DNA of 64,000 nucleotides. Source: Acidobacteriota bacterium (GTDB lineage Bacteria; Acidobacteriota; Thermoanaerobaculia; Multivoradales; J023). Every line of letters begins with the position of its first letter. Position 1 is the first letter of the stretch. A model generated the notes under the pieces. It worked only from the letters and a program-made list of their open reading frames with translations, was not told the DNA's origin and made no database searches. The stretch lies in NCBI GenBank assembly GCA_029263395.1, contig JAJCXO010000036.1, forward strand, positions 1,638-65,637, given 5' to 3'. Made by a program: the position numbers and the translations under genes. Positions 8,777 through 18,700 of the stretch are shown here, piece after piece.

Positions 8777-10381
8777 CTAAGAATCCAAGCTCAAGCCCAA
8801 AGCACTCATCCGCAATTTCAAGCCCCGCCGCGATACCCCGAGGATTTCGACCATCGCGTCGAGGGCCCCGCTCGCGCTCCGAATCGCGTCGACGATCTCG
8901 TCGCGGCTCAGGTCCGCGGCCTTGCGCACCTGCCGACTCTCGTCGATCCGCCGGTAGAGAGAGGAACGGGAGACGCCGAGAGAGGCGGCCGCGAGCGTGA
9001 TGTTCTGGCCGTGCTCGGAAAGCGCGGTGAGGAGCTCTTCCTCACCGATCTCAGTCACTGCGCGATAGCTCGTTTGCTCGGGCTTGGTAACCGCATCATC
9101 AGAGGAACCGCTGGGATCCCTCGATAAACTCAGTAGCCCCTCGATCGCGGGCGTCAGCTGCAACTCTTCCTGCTCCAGACTAGCGACCAGCAATCTGCGG
9201 GCGACGGCACGGAGTTGGCGCACGTTCCCGGGCCACGGGTAGCCAACCAGTCGGGCGACGATCTCAGCCGGCACGGCCGGCGCCTCGTACCTCGCTACTC
9301 CCCGTTGGGACTTGTTTGCCGAATCGAGCGCTTCTGAGAGGAAGTGGAAGAAGAGACGACCGATGTCGTCGCGCCGTTCACGGAGCGGCGGCAGCTTGAT
9401 CTCATACTCGGAGATCCGATGGAAGAGGGGTGCTCGGAACTCGTCGCTCTCGACGGCTCCTTCGAGATCGAGATCGGTCGCGGTGATCAAGCGGACGTCG
9501 ACGCTCACCTGCTCGGCAGCGCCGACCGGTTGGATCTGCCCGTTGTCGATCGCGCGCAGCAACTGAACCTGGACATCAGGCGCCGTCTCCCCAATCTCAT
9601 CAAGGAAGAGCGTGCCACCATCAGCTCTCTGGAAGTAGCCTCGACGTTGCTTGTCTGCACTCGTGAAAGCGCCTCGGGTCGCCCCGAACAGCTCCGACGC
9701 GGCAAGGTTGGAAGGGACAGCGGCGGCATTGACGCACACATAAGGCTGTCGACTTCTCGGCCCAGCCTGGTGCAGGGCGCGGGCTACCAACTCCTTGCCG
9801 GTCCCGGTCTCGCCACGCAGGAGGACCGTGAAGTCGAGCTCTGCCAGGCGCTCGATCTCCTGGCGCAAGCGGAGCATCGGGGAACTCTCGCCGATGAACC
9901 CGAAATCCCCGGGACGGCTGGTGAGGGGCAACAGCGAGTGCAGCAAAAGCGCGCTACTTTGCCCGAGCACGAGGACGACCCCACCCTCGAGATCGACCAA
10001 TGAAAACTCGCGGGAGCGCGTCAGGGAACGGCCGTCGACCTCGACGGCCGAGGCTGTGGCACTGAGGGAAGCGCGCACTCCACCGTCAGCTGTGGCGCTG
10101 AACTCGACCATCGGGCGGCGGCTGACGTAGGGATCGGCCAGGGGCCGCGGCGTGCCACCCGCCGGTTGCGCGAAATAGGGCTCTCCGCGCGACAGCGACT
10201 CACGCCCCCCAGCCACCAGCCCGGTGAGGGACGCGACCTCGCCGACGCGACGCGGATCCGGGTGACAGAGGACCGTCAGGCTGGGGACGCCGATACCGCC
10301 GATCCGGCTCCGGACGTTTGGCGCGGCACGCGTCGTGGCCTCTAGGTCGTCGCGCCAGGTTTGATCATCTTCAGGCATCAC
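8777..10381 (-). CDS. sigma-54-dependent transcriptional activator (bEBP) with an N-terminal FHA-like domain and C-terminal Fis-type HTH
   Basis: AAA+ motifs are present: LLRGETGTGKELVARALH, a GAFTSA loop (variant of GAFTGA), GGTLFLDEIG and RLITATDLDL. The N-terminus is FHA-like (ADPYVSRRPMVEF...VEVDGRSL). The C-terminus is HTH-like (ITLAAASLGVSRSSLYRRI and LGVSRRGLKLRMSALGL). Confidence 0.85.
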   Translation of the reverse strand: MMPEDDQTWRDDLEATTRAAPNVRSRIGGIGVPSLTVLCHPDPRRVGEVASLTGLVAGGRESLSRGEPYFAQPAGGTPRPLADPYVSRRPMVEFSATADGGVRASLSATASAVEVDGRSLTRSREFSLVDLEGGVVLVLGQSSALLLHSLLPLTSRPGDFGFIGESSPMLRLRQEIERLAELDFTVLLRGETGTGKELVARALHQAGPRSRQPYVCVNAAAVPSNLAASELFGATRGAFTSADKQRRGYFQRADGGTLFLDEIGETAPDVQVQLLRAIDNGQIQPVGAAEQVSVDVRLITATDLDLEGAVESDEFRAPLFHRISEYEIKLPPLRERRDDIGRLFFHFLSEALDSANKSQRGVARYEAPAVPAEIVARLVGYPWPGNVRQLRAVARRLLVASLEQEELQLTPAIEGLLSLSRDPSGSSDDAVTKPEQTSYRAVTEIGEEELLTALSEHGQNITLAAASLGVSRSSLYRRIDESRQVRKAADLSRDEIVDAIRSASGALDAMVEILGVSRRGLKLRMSALGLSLDS

Positions 10382-10506
10382 GGAAGTGTAGCTGATGAAC
10401 TGTTCGCGAACGGTAGTGGACGGTATGGGCGGTCCGATGACTCGTGATCAATGCGTCATCAAGCCACACAAAAAGGAGAAATAACAACTAAATAAGAGAT
10501 CTACAT

Positions 10507-10522
10507 TGGCAAGCTGCTTGCT
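10507..10522 (+). promoter_or_regulatory. sigma-54 (-24/-12) promoter
   Basis: TGGCAAGCTGCTTGCT matches the TGGCAC-N5-TTGCW consensus with the canonical 10-nt gap between GG and GC. It lies 96 nt upstream of the ATG at 10618 and is divergent from the bEBP gene. Confidence 0.7.
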
Positions 10523-10617
10523 CTAACAAAGGCTGACTGACAAGCGGAGACGGGCCCGCCGACGCTTCATGACCACGGGTCAATAAGACCCCTCGACATC
10601 TTATCTAGGAGAATGCC

Positions 10618-11835
10618 ATGCATGAAGCAAGCCCGAAGTGTGCCCACAAACTGCCCCTGATACTACTCTTTGCCCTTTGCTTCGTAGGTACCCTCGACGC
10701 GGACCCACCCCTCGACGCGGACCTTGACCTCGATTGCGCCGGTGCCATTTCCATCCCCTTGGGCGATCCGTATACCGATGAGCTCGGCGGTGACGGCCGG
10801 TCGACCTGCTATCGGCTGCAAGTCGACGCCTCGGGCGTCCTGCTTGCCTCCGTCGACTCCCACCCGGCGGCGACGAAGCTGCGCCTGCGCGACGATCTCA
10901 GTTCTGCCCGTGCCACCATCCTGCCCGGGACTGACCTCGGCCATCACCTCATCCTGCGGGTCCGCGAGCCCGGTTCCCTGGTCTTCGAGGTGGCTCCCCA
11001 GGACGCCCGGCAGGGCTTCGCAGGGCTCGTCTTTACCAACCGGTTCGTCGCCGAGGTGGACGCTGTCGAGCTGGATCTAAAGGATGCTAGGCCGCCGACC
11101 TTCACCAAGGAAGGCGACGAGATCGATCCAGTACTACTCACCATCCTCGATCCGCCGCTCACCTGCGTCACCAAGGAAGGCGACGAGATTGATCCAGTCC
11201 TGCTCATCGACCTCGCGCCGCCGGTCGTCTTTGAAACCAAGGAGGGTGACGAGATCGATCAAGTGCTGCTCACCGACCCCTCGCCGGCACCTTGCGTCGC
11301 CAAGGAAGACGACGAGTTTGATCCGGTTTTGTTCAGCGTGCGGCGAAGCGACCTAAACTTGCGGGCCGTACGCTCTGGTCTACTGCTGTTTGCCTCGGGA
11401 GGCGCCGCCCTCGTCCAGGCTGGCGACGAGTTCGTGCTGCGCGCGGAAACCGGAGACTCCAGGGTTCGCTTCTACGACGTCTGCGACTCCCATCCCACGG
11501 ATGACCACGCCGACTTCTTCGCCTGTGCCTCCCCGTTGGGAGCCAAGGGCAGCCTGCTCGGCGAGCTCGACGGCGGTTGGCCCTACGACTACGACGTCTT
11601 CACCTTCTGGCTCGGCGATCGACGGGCGGTGATCTTCGAAACCGGCGGCGAGGTCGCCACGGCCGGCGCCCTTTACGATCGACGAGGTCAACGACTCGCG
11701 CTCCCGGAGATCGCCGGCGACATTCCGTTCCGCTTCGTCCGCAACCTGGCCCCGGGGCGCTACTTCGTGCGCGTCTCTGGACGAGACGGAGCACCAGGCC
11801 GCTACACGGTGAGCTTCACGACGTCCGCCTGGTAG
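10618..11835 (+). CDS. secreted protein with two PPC-like beta-sandwich regions flanking four TKEGDEIDPVLL repeats
   Basis: Signal peptide KLPLILLFALCFVGTLDA. The four repeats are TKEGDEIDPVLLTILDPP, TKEGDEIDPVLLIDLAPP, TKEGDEIDQVLLTDPSP and AKEDDEFDPVLFS. The C-terminal end, YFVRVSGRDGAPGRYTVSFT, resembles a pre-peptidase C-terminal domain. Confidence 0.6.
   Translation: MHEASPKCAHKLPLILLFALCFVGTLDADPPLDADLDLDCAGAISIPLGDPYTDELGGDGRSTCYRLQVDASGVLLASVDSHPAATKLRLRDDLSSARATILPGTDLGHHLILRVREPGSLVFEVAPQDARQGFAGLVFTNRFVAEVDAVELDLKDARPPTFTKEGDEIDPVLLTILDPPLTCVTKEGDEIDPVLLIDLAPPVVFETKEGDEIDQVLLTDPSPAPCVAKEDDEFDPVLFSVRRSDLNLRAVRSGLLLFASGGAALVQAGDEFVLRAETGDSRVRFYDVCDSHPTDDHADFFACASPLGAKGSLLGELDGGWPYDYDVFTFWLGDRRAVIFETGGEVATAGALYDRRGQRLALPEIAGDIPFRFVRNLAPGRYFVRVSGRDGAPGRYTVSFTTSAW
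11098..11340 (+). repeat. in-frame tandem repeat, about 66 bp x 4 (22-aa units)
   Basis: ACCAAGGAAGGCGACGAGAT(C/T)GATCCAGT recurs at 11104, 11170 and 11236. A diverged copy lies at 11299. Confidence 0.85.
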
Positions 11836-11850
11836 GTGTCGCGACACGGT

Positions 11851-11876
11851 GGTCAGCCGAGGAGACTCGGCTGACC
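11851..11876. terminator. bidirectional hairpin between convergent genes
   Basis: GGTCAGCCGAG-GAGA-CTCGGCTGACC forms a perfect 11-bp stem with a tetraloop. It lies between the stops at 11835 (+) and 11879 (-). Confidence 0.55.
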
Positions 11877-11878
11877 GC

Positions 11879-14464
11879 CTAGCATCGTCCGCCTGGGGAC
11901 CTGGCCGCAACTGCAAGGTAGACTTCGCCGAGTTCCGGCTTGTCCCAGGACTCATAGAGCTCGACCAAACGGCACGCTGCGGCCCGAGTGTAGGGAGCGT
12001 TCTCGCCGCGAGCCTCGCGGATGACCTCGAAGCTGCGCTCGAGGGGCGCCTCGGCTTCGGCGTACCGTCCCATCCGCGCCAGGCTGGCGGCATGAACGCT
12101 CTCGGCGTCGGCCATGCGCCAGGACTCCGCTCTCTGGCTGGCGCGCAGCGTCGCGATGGCTTCGCTGGCCAGGGTTCGGGCGGCTTCTGGATCATCCTTC
12201 GCGATCAGGGTCACCGCCAGGTTGATCTTGGTCAGGGCTACCTCATAGTGACCGTCCTCCAACTGCTCACGGTAGATCGACAAGGCCTCCAAGTAGGCGC
12301 TCTCCGCCGCCTCGAGAGCTCCTCGGCCGTGGAGGATCTTGCCGAGGTTGTTGAGCACTACGGCGACGTTGCGATGCTCTGAGCCGTAGACCGCGCGGCG
12401 GATCCGCAGTGCCTGCCGCGCCTCGTCCTCAGCGAGCCCGAGTCGACCCTGAGCATAGAGCACGGTTGCCAACTGGTTGCGGCTATTGGCGACATTCTTG
12501 TGCATCGGCCCAACGGAAGCGAGGCGAATCTCGAGGCTCCGCCGGTAGACCTCCTCGGCCGCACCGTAGTCACCCTGCTCCAATAGCACGGTGGCCAGGT
12601 TGTTGCGTGCTAGAACGACGTCCGGATGCTCCTCACCGAGACTCCGAGTACGCATGTCCACAACCCGGCTGAACAGCGCCTGCGCCTCGGCGTACAACCC
12701 CCGATCGTAGGCGGTGATCGCCAGCGTATTGATACTCTCCGCGATCCCGCCAGCGTCCAGCCCGGAGCTCTTGGCGCGTATCCTGAGCGACTCGCGCAGG
12801 CGCTCCTCGGCCCTCTCGGTCTCGCCGGTGTGCTGGTCGAGAAAAGCAAGGTTGTGCAGGCTCTCGGCGACTAGGACATGGTCCTCACCGAGGTTCTCAA
12901 GCCGGACCTCGAGAGCGCGCTCGAGCAACGCTGACGCGCGCTCATAGCGGCCGAGGGCGGTGTATCCCCTCCCCAAGGAGTCCATCAGCAAGGCCTGATC
13001 GAGGGGGTGGTCAGCGAAGAGCGGATCGCTGACGATGCGGGCGGCTCGGTTCAGGGCCTCCTCAAGCTCGACCCGCTGGTCTGGAGTCGCCGGCTGCAGT
13101 GCCTTGAGCAGGCCAAGCAGCGATTCCGAAACTCGGCGCGACTGCTTGATCTCCTGTGCCTGATCCCACACCATGACGCCACCCTGAAAGACTAGGACGG
13201 CGGCAGCGGCTACCGGCAACCAATGACGACGGACGAACTTGCCAGCGCGATGCGCCAGCGTCGGCTTGCGGGCTTCGACTGGCATCCCGGTCAGATGCCG
13301 GCGAATGTCCGCCGCAAGCTGGTCGACCGACGCGAACCGGTCCTCGGGCCTGCGGGCCATGGCCTTCAGCACGATCGCGTCCAGGTCGCCGGCCAGCCGT
13401 CGACGGAGCCGGCGAGGGCTGCCGTCCCGGACACGGCTAATCTCCTCCGGAGTGAGGCGGGCGGCAACGCTCTCGGCGTTGCTTTCGACGCGCAGGACGG
13501 CGACGCTAGGCGCTTCAGGCTGCTGCCGCTCGATGACCGCTCGGATCGCTTCGAGCTCGCTACTCTCGAGCCGGTAGGGCAATCGACCGGTGAGCAGCTG
13601 GTACAGGAGGACGCCGAGCGAGTAGATGTCGGACGCGGTTGTCAGGGGCTGCCCGGCGAGCTGCTCGGGGCTGGAATAGAAGGGTGTCAGGCCGCTGGCG
13701 AGCGGCCGCGAGTCTTCCCCAACGGTGTCGAGGGACTCGCCGACTGCGCCGGACGACCGCTCGACGTCCAGCGGCTTGGCGATGCCGAAATCGAGCAGCT
13801 TGGGGATGCCTTCCCCGGTGACCAGGATATTGCCCGGCTTCAGATCCCGATGGACGACTCGCAGCTTTTGGTGGGCCAAGTGAACCGCCGAGCAAACCTG
13901 GAGGAAGAGCTCGAGGCGCTGGCGGGTGGTCAGCCGCTGCTCATCGCAGTACTCCCCGATGGGCTTGCCTTCGACGTACTCCATGACGAAGTACGGCCGG
14001 CCGTCAAGGGTGGTGCCGCCGTCATAGAGCTGGGCAACGTTGGGGTGCCGGATCCCGGCCAGAATCTGCTGCTCCTCCGCGAAGCGACGAACCGTGTCCG
14101 GGTGGAGAATCTCCGGCCGGATGAGCTTCAACGCGACCCGTCTCTTGAAGGGCTCTTCCTGATGCGCCAGGTACACGGTGCCCATCCCGCCCTCGCCGAG
14201 CTCCCTAGCGAGCCGGTAAGCCCCAATCCTGGGAACCAGCACACCGTCGTCGATGTTCTCGGAACCTAGAGGTACGAGTGGTTTCTCTAGAAAGTGGTCC
14301 AGTCGATCGTCGTACTCAAGGAAGGCCTGGACCTGATCGCAGAGATCCGGGTCGTCGCGGCGCGTCTCGTCCAGCAGCCCAGGCTTCTCAGCCGGCGGTA
14401 GGTCATCAAACCTGTCGAGCACGTCTTGGACCTGGCGCCAGCGCTCAGCGGTCAACGTCCCCAT
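11879..14464 (-). CDS. Ser/Thr protein kinase with a TM segment and C-terminal TPR array
   Basis: Kinase motifs are LGEGGMGTVYLA, VALKLI, HRDLKPGNILV, DFGIAK and SPEQ. A TM segment (WLPVAAAAVLVF) follows. The C-terminus has many TPR-type units such as NLAFLDQHTGETERAE. Confidence 0.9.
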   Translation of the reverse strand: MGTLTAERWRQVQDVLDRFDDLPPAEKPGLLDETRRDDPDLCDQVQAFLEYDDRLDHFLEKPLVPLGSENIDDGVLVPRIGAYRLARELGEGGMGTVYLAHQEEPFKRRVALKLIRPEILHPDTVRRFAEEQQILAGIRHPNVAQLYDGGTTLDGRPYFVMEYVEGKPIGEYCDEQRLTTRQRLELFLQVCSAVHLAHQKLRVVHRDLKPGNILVTGEGIPKLLDFGIAKPLDVERSSGAVGESLDTVGEDSRPLASGLTPFYSSPEQLAGQPLTTASDIYSLGVLLYQLLTGRLPYRLESSELEAIRAVIERQQPEAPSVAVLRVESNAESVAARLTPEEISRVRDGSPRRLRRRLAGDLDAIVLKAMARRPEDRFASVDQLAADIRRHLTGMPVEARKPTLAHRAGKFVRRHWLPVAAAAVLVFQGGVMVWDQAQEIKQSRRVSESLLGLLKALQPATPDQRVELEEALNRAARIVSDPLFADHPLDQALLMDSLGRGYTALGRYERASALLERALEVRLENLGEDHVLVAESLHNLAFLDQHTGETERAEERLRESLRIRAKSSGLDAGGIAESINTLAITAYDRGLYAEAQALFSRVVDMRTRSLGEEHPDVVLARNNLATVLLEQGDYGAAEEVYRRSLEIRLASVGPMHKNVANSRNQLATVLYAQGRLGLAEDEARQALRIRRAVYGSEHRNVAVVLNNLGKILHGRGALEAAESAYLEALSIYREQLEDGHYEVALTKINLAVTLIAKDDPEAARTLASEAIATLRASQRAESWRMADAESVHAASLARMGRYAEAEAPLERSFEVIREARGENAPYTRAAACRLVELYESWDKPELGEVYLAVAARSPGGRC

Positions 14465-14509
14465 AGTCTTCCTCCACTAGGCAGACGTGCCAGCCGCAAG
14501 AAAAGCGGG

Positions 14510-15307
14510 TCACTCGTCAGATGGTTCGTCAGAATACTCGTCGAGCTCGCGGGCCAAAAAGCGCTTGGCGTTACGCCACTTCCGACTGACGGTCTTGACC
14601 GAAACACCGAGCGCCTCGGCGGTTTCCTCTCGCGTAAGCCCGATCAGGTGGCGCAGACGAACGACATCGGCTTGAACCGGATCGAGCTTGGCGAGGTCGG
14701 CGAGCTTCTCCGCGATGTCGACTGCGACGCCTATGACCTGTATCGCTGCCTCGCGACTCGAAGCCTCCGGCAGCGGAGCCACAGGTCCGACGAACAGGGA
14801 CGAGGCGTCGCTGCCAACAGCGAGATCTAGAGCCTCGACGATCGGAACCGTGGTCGCCTGCCCACCACGTTTCTCTGTATTGAGTGCGCGCTTGTAGTTG
14901 CGCAGGGTCCGCTCGATGAGGAAAGCGGCAAAATTGTAGAACTGACCACGGCTCTCCCATTTGACGGACCTCTGCTTGAGCAGGACCTCGTAGAGCTCAC
15001 CGATCAGCGCGGTGGGCTGGATACTCTTGACTGGAAGTCGACCATAGTGCTTACGCGCCAGCCGCCGCAGATCCTCGAAGGCGAGTGGAAAGATGGCGTT
15101 GAGAGCTTCAATATCACCCTGACTCCAGGCGACCAACAGGTGAGTAATGTCACCCGAGGAATCTACCAGCGCAGCGTCCTTCGTGGCCTTCTCCGGCGGC
15201 TCCGGCTCGCCCGAGCTGGCCTTGGCTTCCGAACTCTCTTGACTCGGCAGGGCGACCAGACTCTCGGAGTCGCGCCGGCCTTCGCTATCTGACGAACCCT
15301 CTGTCAT
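14510..15307 (-). CDS. ECF sigma factor (TIGR02999-like, kinase-associated type)
   Basis: ITHLLVAWSQGDIEALNAIFPLAFEDLRRLARKHYG and the C-terminal LGVSVKTVSRKWRNAKRFLAREL are typical of this ECF subgroup. The gene lies immediately upstream of the kinase gene on the same strand. Confidence 0.75.
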   Translation of the reverse strand: MTEGSSDSEGRRDSESLVALPSQESSEAKASSGEPEPPEKATKDAALVDSSGDITHLLVAWSQGDIEALNAIFPLAFEDLRRLARKHYGRLPVKSIQPTALIGELYEVLLKQRSVKWESRGQFYNFAAFLIERTLRNYKRALNTEKRGGQATTVPIVEALDLAVGSDASSLFVGPVAPLPEASSREAAIQVIGVAVDIAEKLADLAKLDPVQADVVRLRHLIGLTREETAEALGVSVKTVSRKWRNAKRFLARELDEYSDEPSDE

Positions 15308-15671
15308 GGATGGCTCCGACTGGCATCACTGAAGGGATGGCGATCATGCTCGCGGTAACAAAGATCCTGATGATATCCTCTGGACGTCACAGCGACAACA
15401 GAGGTCTATGGATGCGATAAAGCGCCAAGCGCTTTACGCAGAGTTGAAGTTGCGGGGCTTCGCCGCCAACTATGCAGCGGCGGCCTTGCATTCCTGTGTT
15501 TGCAGGTGCCGAGCAAGGCGCTCGAGCTAACCTGGTTATGGTTTAGGTAGGGAGAGACGGGCAGATTCAATGGTTCCTCGGTCTGCAGCTGTAGGCCATC
15601 CCAAGCGGCCTCGAGCTGGCCTGAATCTCACGCCGTCCTGAGGTCAGAAGGCAGGCGGGTGACCACATCCG

Positions 15672-15686
15672 TGGCATGAGCCTTGT
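15672..15686 (+). promoter_or_regulatory. possible sigma-54-like -24/-12 element with an imperfect -12
   Basis: TGGCATGAGCCTTGT has correct spacing, but the -12 element reads TTGT instead of TTGC. It lies 91 nt upstream of ATG 15777. Confidence 0.2.
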
Positions 15687-15706
15687 CCTCTTCCGAGCGG
15701 CTTTTC

Positions 15707-15728
15707 GCACGTCTTGAATTAGACGTGC
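15707..15728 (+). promoter_or_regulatory. perfect 8-bp inverted repeat in the leader of the giant gene
   Basis: GCACGTCT-TGAATT-AGACGTGC lies 49 nt upstream of the start codon. It could be an operator or a leader hairpin. Confidence 0.3.
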
Positions 15729-15776
15729 CGGAATCTTCGTCCGGTCAGTCCTGAGCAGCAAAGGGGTATCTGAACA

Positions 15777-18700
15777 ATGCAAGTGATTCATCGACAGTAC
15801 AGCGTTCGAAAATCCGAATTTCAGGCAAGATGCTTCGCGGCACGCAAGATCCTTGCGCTCTCGGCCATCGTGCTCAGCTCGGCCTGGGCCACGCCAAGCC
15901 ATGGCGGGTGCACTTCGGAGAACATCGGCCATGCCGGTAGCCTCCTTGACGGCGCTGGTGGCGCGTTGCTCTTCACCGCTCAGGATGTTTTCGTCTCCGG
16001 CAACTTCGCCTACGTCGCGTCGCGCTACGCCAGTGCGCTCGAGATCATCGACATCTCCAACCCGGCGACGCCTGTCCACGCTGGGGTGATCCAGCATGGC
16101 GATGGCGGTGCCCAACTCCGCGATCCGGCAGGCGTTTTCGTCTCCGACGGATACGCCTACGTCACCTCGTCCGATTATTCCACGTTCGAAGTGGTCGACG
16201 TCTCCGACCCCACCGCCCCGAGCCACGTCGCAGCCCTGACGGACGGCCAAGGGGGAGCCTCCCTGGGCGGCGCCGAATCGGTCTATGTCAGCGATGGTTT
16301 CGCCTACGTCACCGCGTTCCAGGATGGCGTCCTCGAGATCATCGATGTCTCGAACCCGCTAGCGCCGGCACATGTCGCGTCTTCTCCGGTCGACACCCCG
16401 TGGTCGGTGGTCGTCGACGGGGACTATGCGTATGTCGTTTCGCGGCACGAAAACAAAATGGTTGTTATCGACGTGTCGAATCCTCATGTACCGGTCCTCG
16501 CCGGGTCGATCGCCGACGACGAAGGCGGGGCCGTCTTTGATAGCCCCTCGGCCGTTCGAGTGCGCGGGCAGTATGCCTACGTCGCCGGTGAAAACGATTT
16601 CGAGATCGTCGACATCAGCGACCCCACCAACCCCACCCACCTGGGTTGGACTTCGACCGGCGGCAACAGAAGGGAGGCCGGACTCTTCATCGCCGGCGGT
16701 TATGCCTTCATCGCGGCCTCCGAAACGGATTCCCTAGAGATTGTCAATATCTTTGACCCCGCAGCCCCACAGAAGGTGGCCAGCCTGACCCACGGCGCAG
16801 CCGGAGCCATGCTGGAAGGAGCCTTCGCAGTCTTTGTCGACGGCGACTATGCGTTCGTCGCAGCCAGAAATTCCGACGCACTGGAGGTGGTGGATGTCTT
16901 CGATTTCGCCGTCGACTGCCCCCCCGAACTCGAGATCGATGAGCCGGACGGTTTCGGCGACCTCGCGGACCAGAGCTTTGACATCGAGTGGACGGACAGC
17001 GACGACGAAAATGCGTCCATAACGTTTTTTTACGATACCGACAGAAGCGGTGAAAACGGGATTCGGATCCCCGGCGTCTTCGACGAAGACGACACGGCGG
17101 ATCAATTCACCTGGGACACATCCGAAGTCCCTGATGGCTCCTATTACGTTTACGGCCGGATCGACGATGGTGCACAAGTTGTCGTCGATTACAGCTTCGG
17201 ACCGGTCACGGTCAGCCACCCTGACACCCCGCCGACGATCACGATTCTCGAGCCGGACGGTGTCGACGACCTCGCCGACCTGAATTACACGATCACCTGG
17301 AACGACGACGATCCTGAAGACAACGCATCAATCACACTGTTTTACGACGACGACAACACCGGAGCGAACGGCACACAGATCACCACCGGACTCATCGATG
17401 AAAATGATCCCGCGGACACATTCGTGTGGGACACGGCCATGGTACCGGCGGGGACCTATTACATTTACGGCAGGATCGACGATGGTGCACAAGTCGTCGT
17501 CGATTACAGCTCGGGGCCGGTCACCATCAGTCACGCCAACTCGTCGCCGACGATCACGCTCCTCGAGCCGGACGGCATCGGCGACGTCGCCGATGCCGTC
17601 TACACCATCACTTGGGAAGACGAGGATCCAGACGACAACGCAGCCGTCCGCCTATTCTACGATGACGACGCGTCGGGCGAGAACGGCACCCTGATCACGG
17701 TCTCCGGGCCGATCGACGAGGATGACGGGTCCGACCAGTTCATCTGGAACACGGCCGGAATCCCAGCCGGTCAGTACTACCTCTATGCCGAAATCGACGA
17801 CGGTACCAACGCGCCGGTCACGAACTACAGCTCCGCCTCCGTCACCATCGAGCACTTGGCGCCGTCCGATTGGCAACCCGCCAGACTGCTGAGGACGCCG
17901 CGCAAGAATCACACCTCAACCTTGCTCCTGTCGGGCAAGGTCCTGGTCACCGGTGGTGAGTTCGGTGGATTTCTGAGTGGCACAGAGATCTATGACCCGC
18001 AGGACGGCAGCTGGACGTTCTCCGGGGCGATGGGCTACGCTCGGGAGGAGCACACCGCGACGATCCTGCCCACGGGCGAGGTGCTGATCGTCGGAGGCTG
18101 GGGCGGCGCCGGCAGCTGGCCGGAGACCGGACGCAGCGCCGAGCTCTTCGACCCTGACACCGGAATCTGGAAATCTGCCGGTTTCCTAACCAACCCCAGG
18201 CAAGGACACACCGCCACTCTACTGCACTCGGGCAAAATTCTAGTAGCCGGCGGCCTCGGCGACGATCCTTCAACCGTAGAACTCTATGACCCGGAAACCG
18301 GCGACTGGGAAACCACCGGTAGCCTGAGTTCGGCCCGTTACCAGCACACTGCCACCCTTCTGCCCGATGGTCAGGTCCTGGTCGCAGGTGGGCGGGGCGG
18401 CGGCCTTCACTTTGCGAGCGCCGAGATCTACGATCCGCAGACCCGTACCTGGACCGGCACCGGGTCTCTGGGCAGTCCGCGAGCCCGCCACACCGCAACC
18501 CTGCTCCCCACGGGCCAGGTGCTGGCCGCCGGAGGCAACCTCGGTAACGCCCGGTTGGCCGGCGCGGAGCTCTTCGATCCCGTGACCGGGTCCTGGACTC
18601 CAACCGGCTCGCTCAATTACTCCCGGATCGCTCACACCGCAACGCAACTTCCCTCGGGGGACGTCCTGGTCACCGGCGGCAGGTATGAACCGTCTTCATT

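Noticed and set aside
13223-14269. A 348-aa plus-strand ORF inside the kinase gene, and similar antisense ORFs such as 3891..4514, 5049..5654, 11380..12195, 33393..34268 and 45175..45840
   Set aside because: Each lies opposite a gene with unambiguous family motifs, and none contains a motif of its own.
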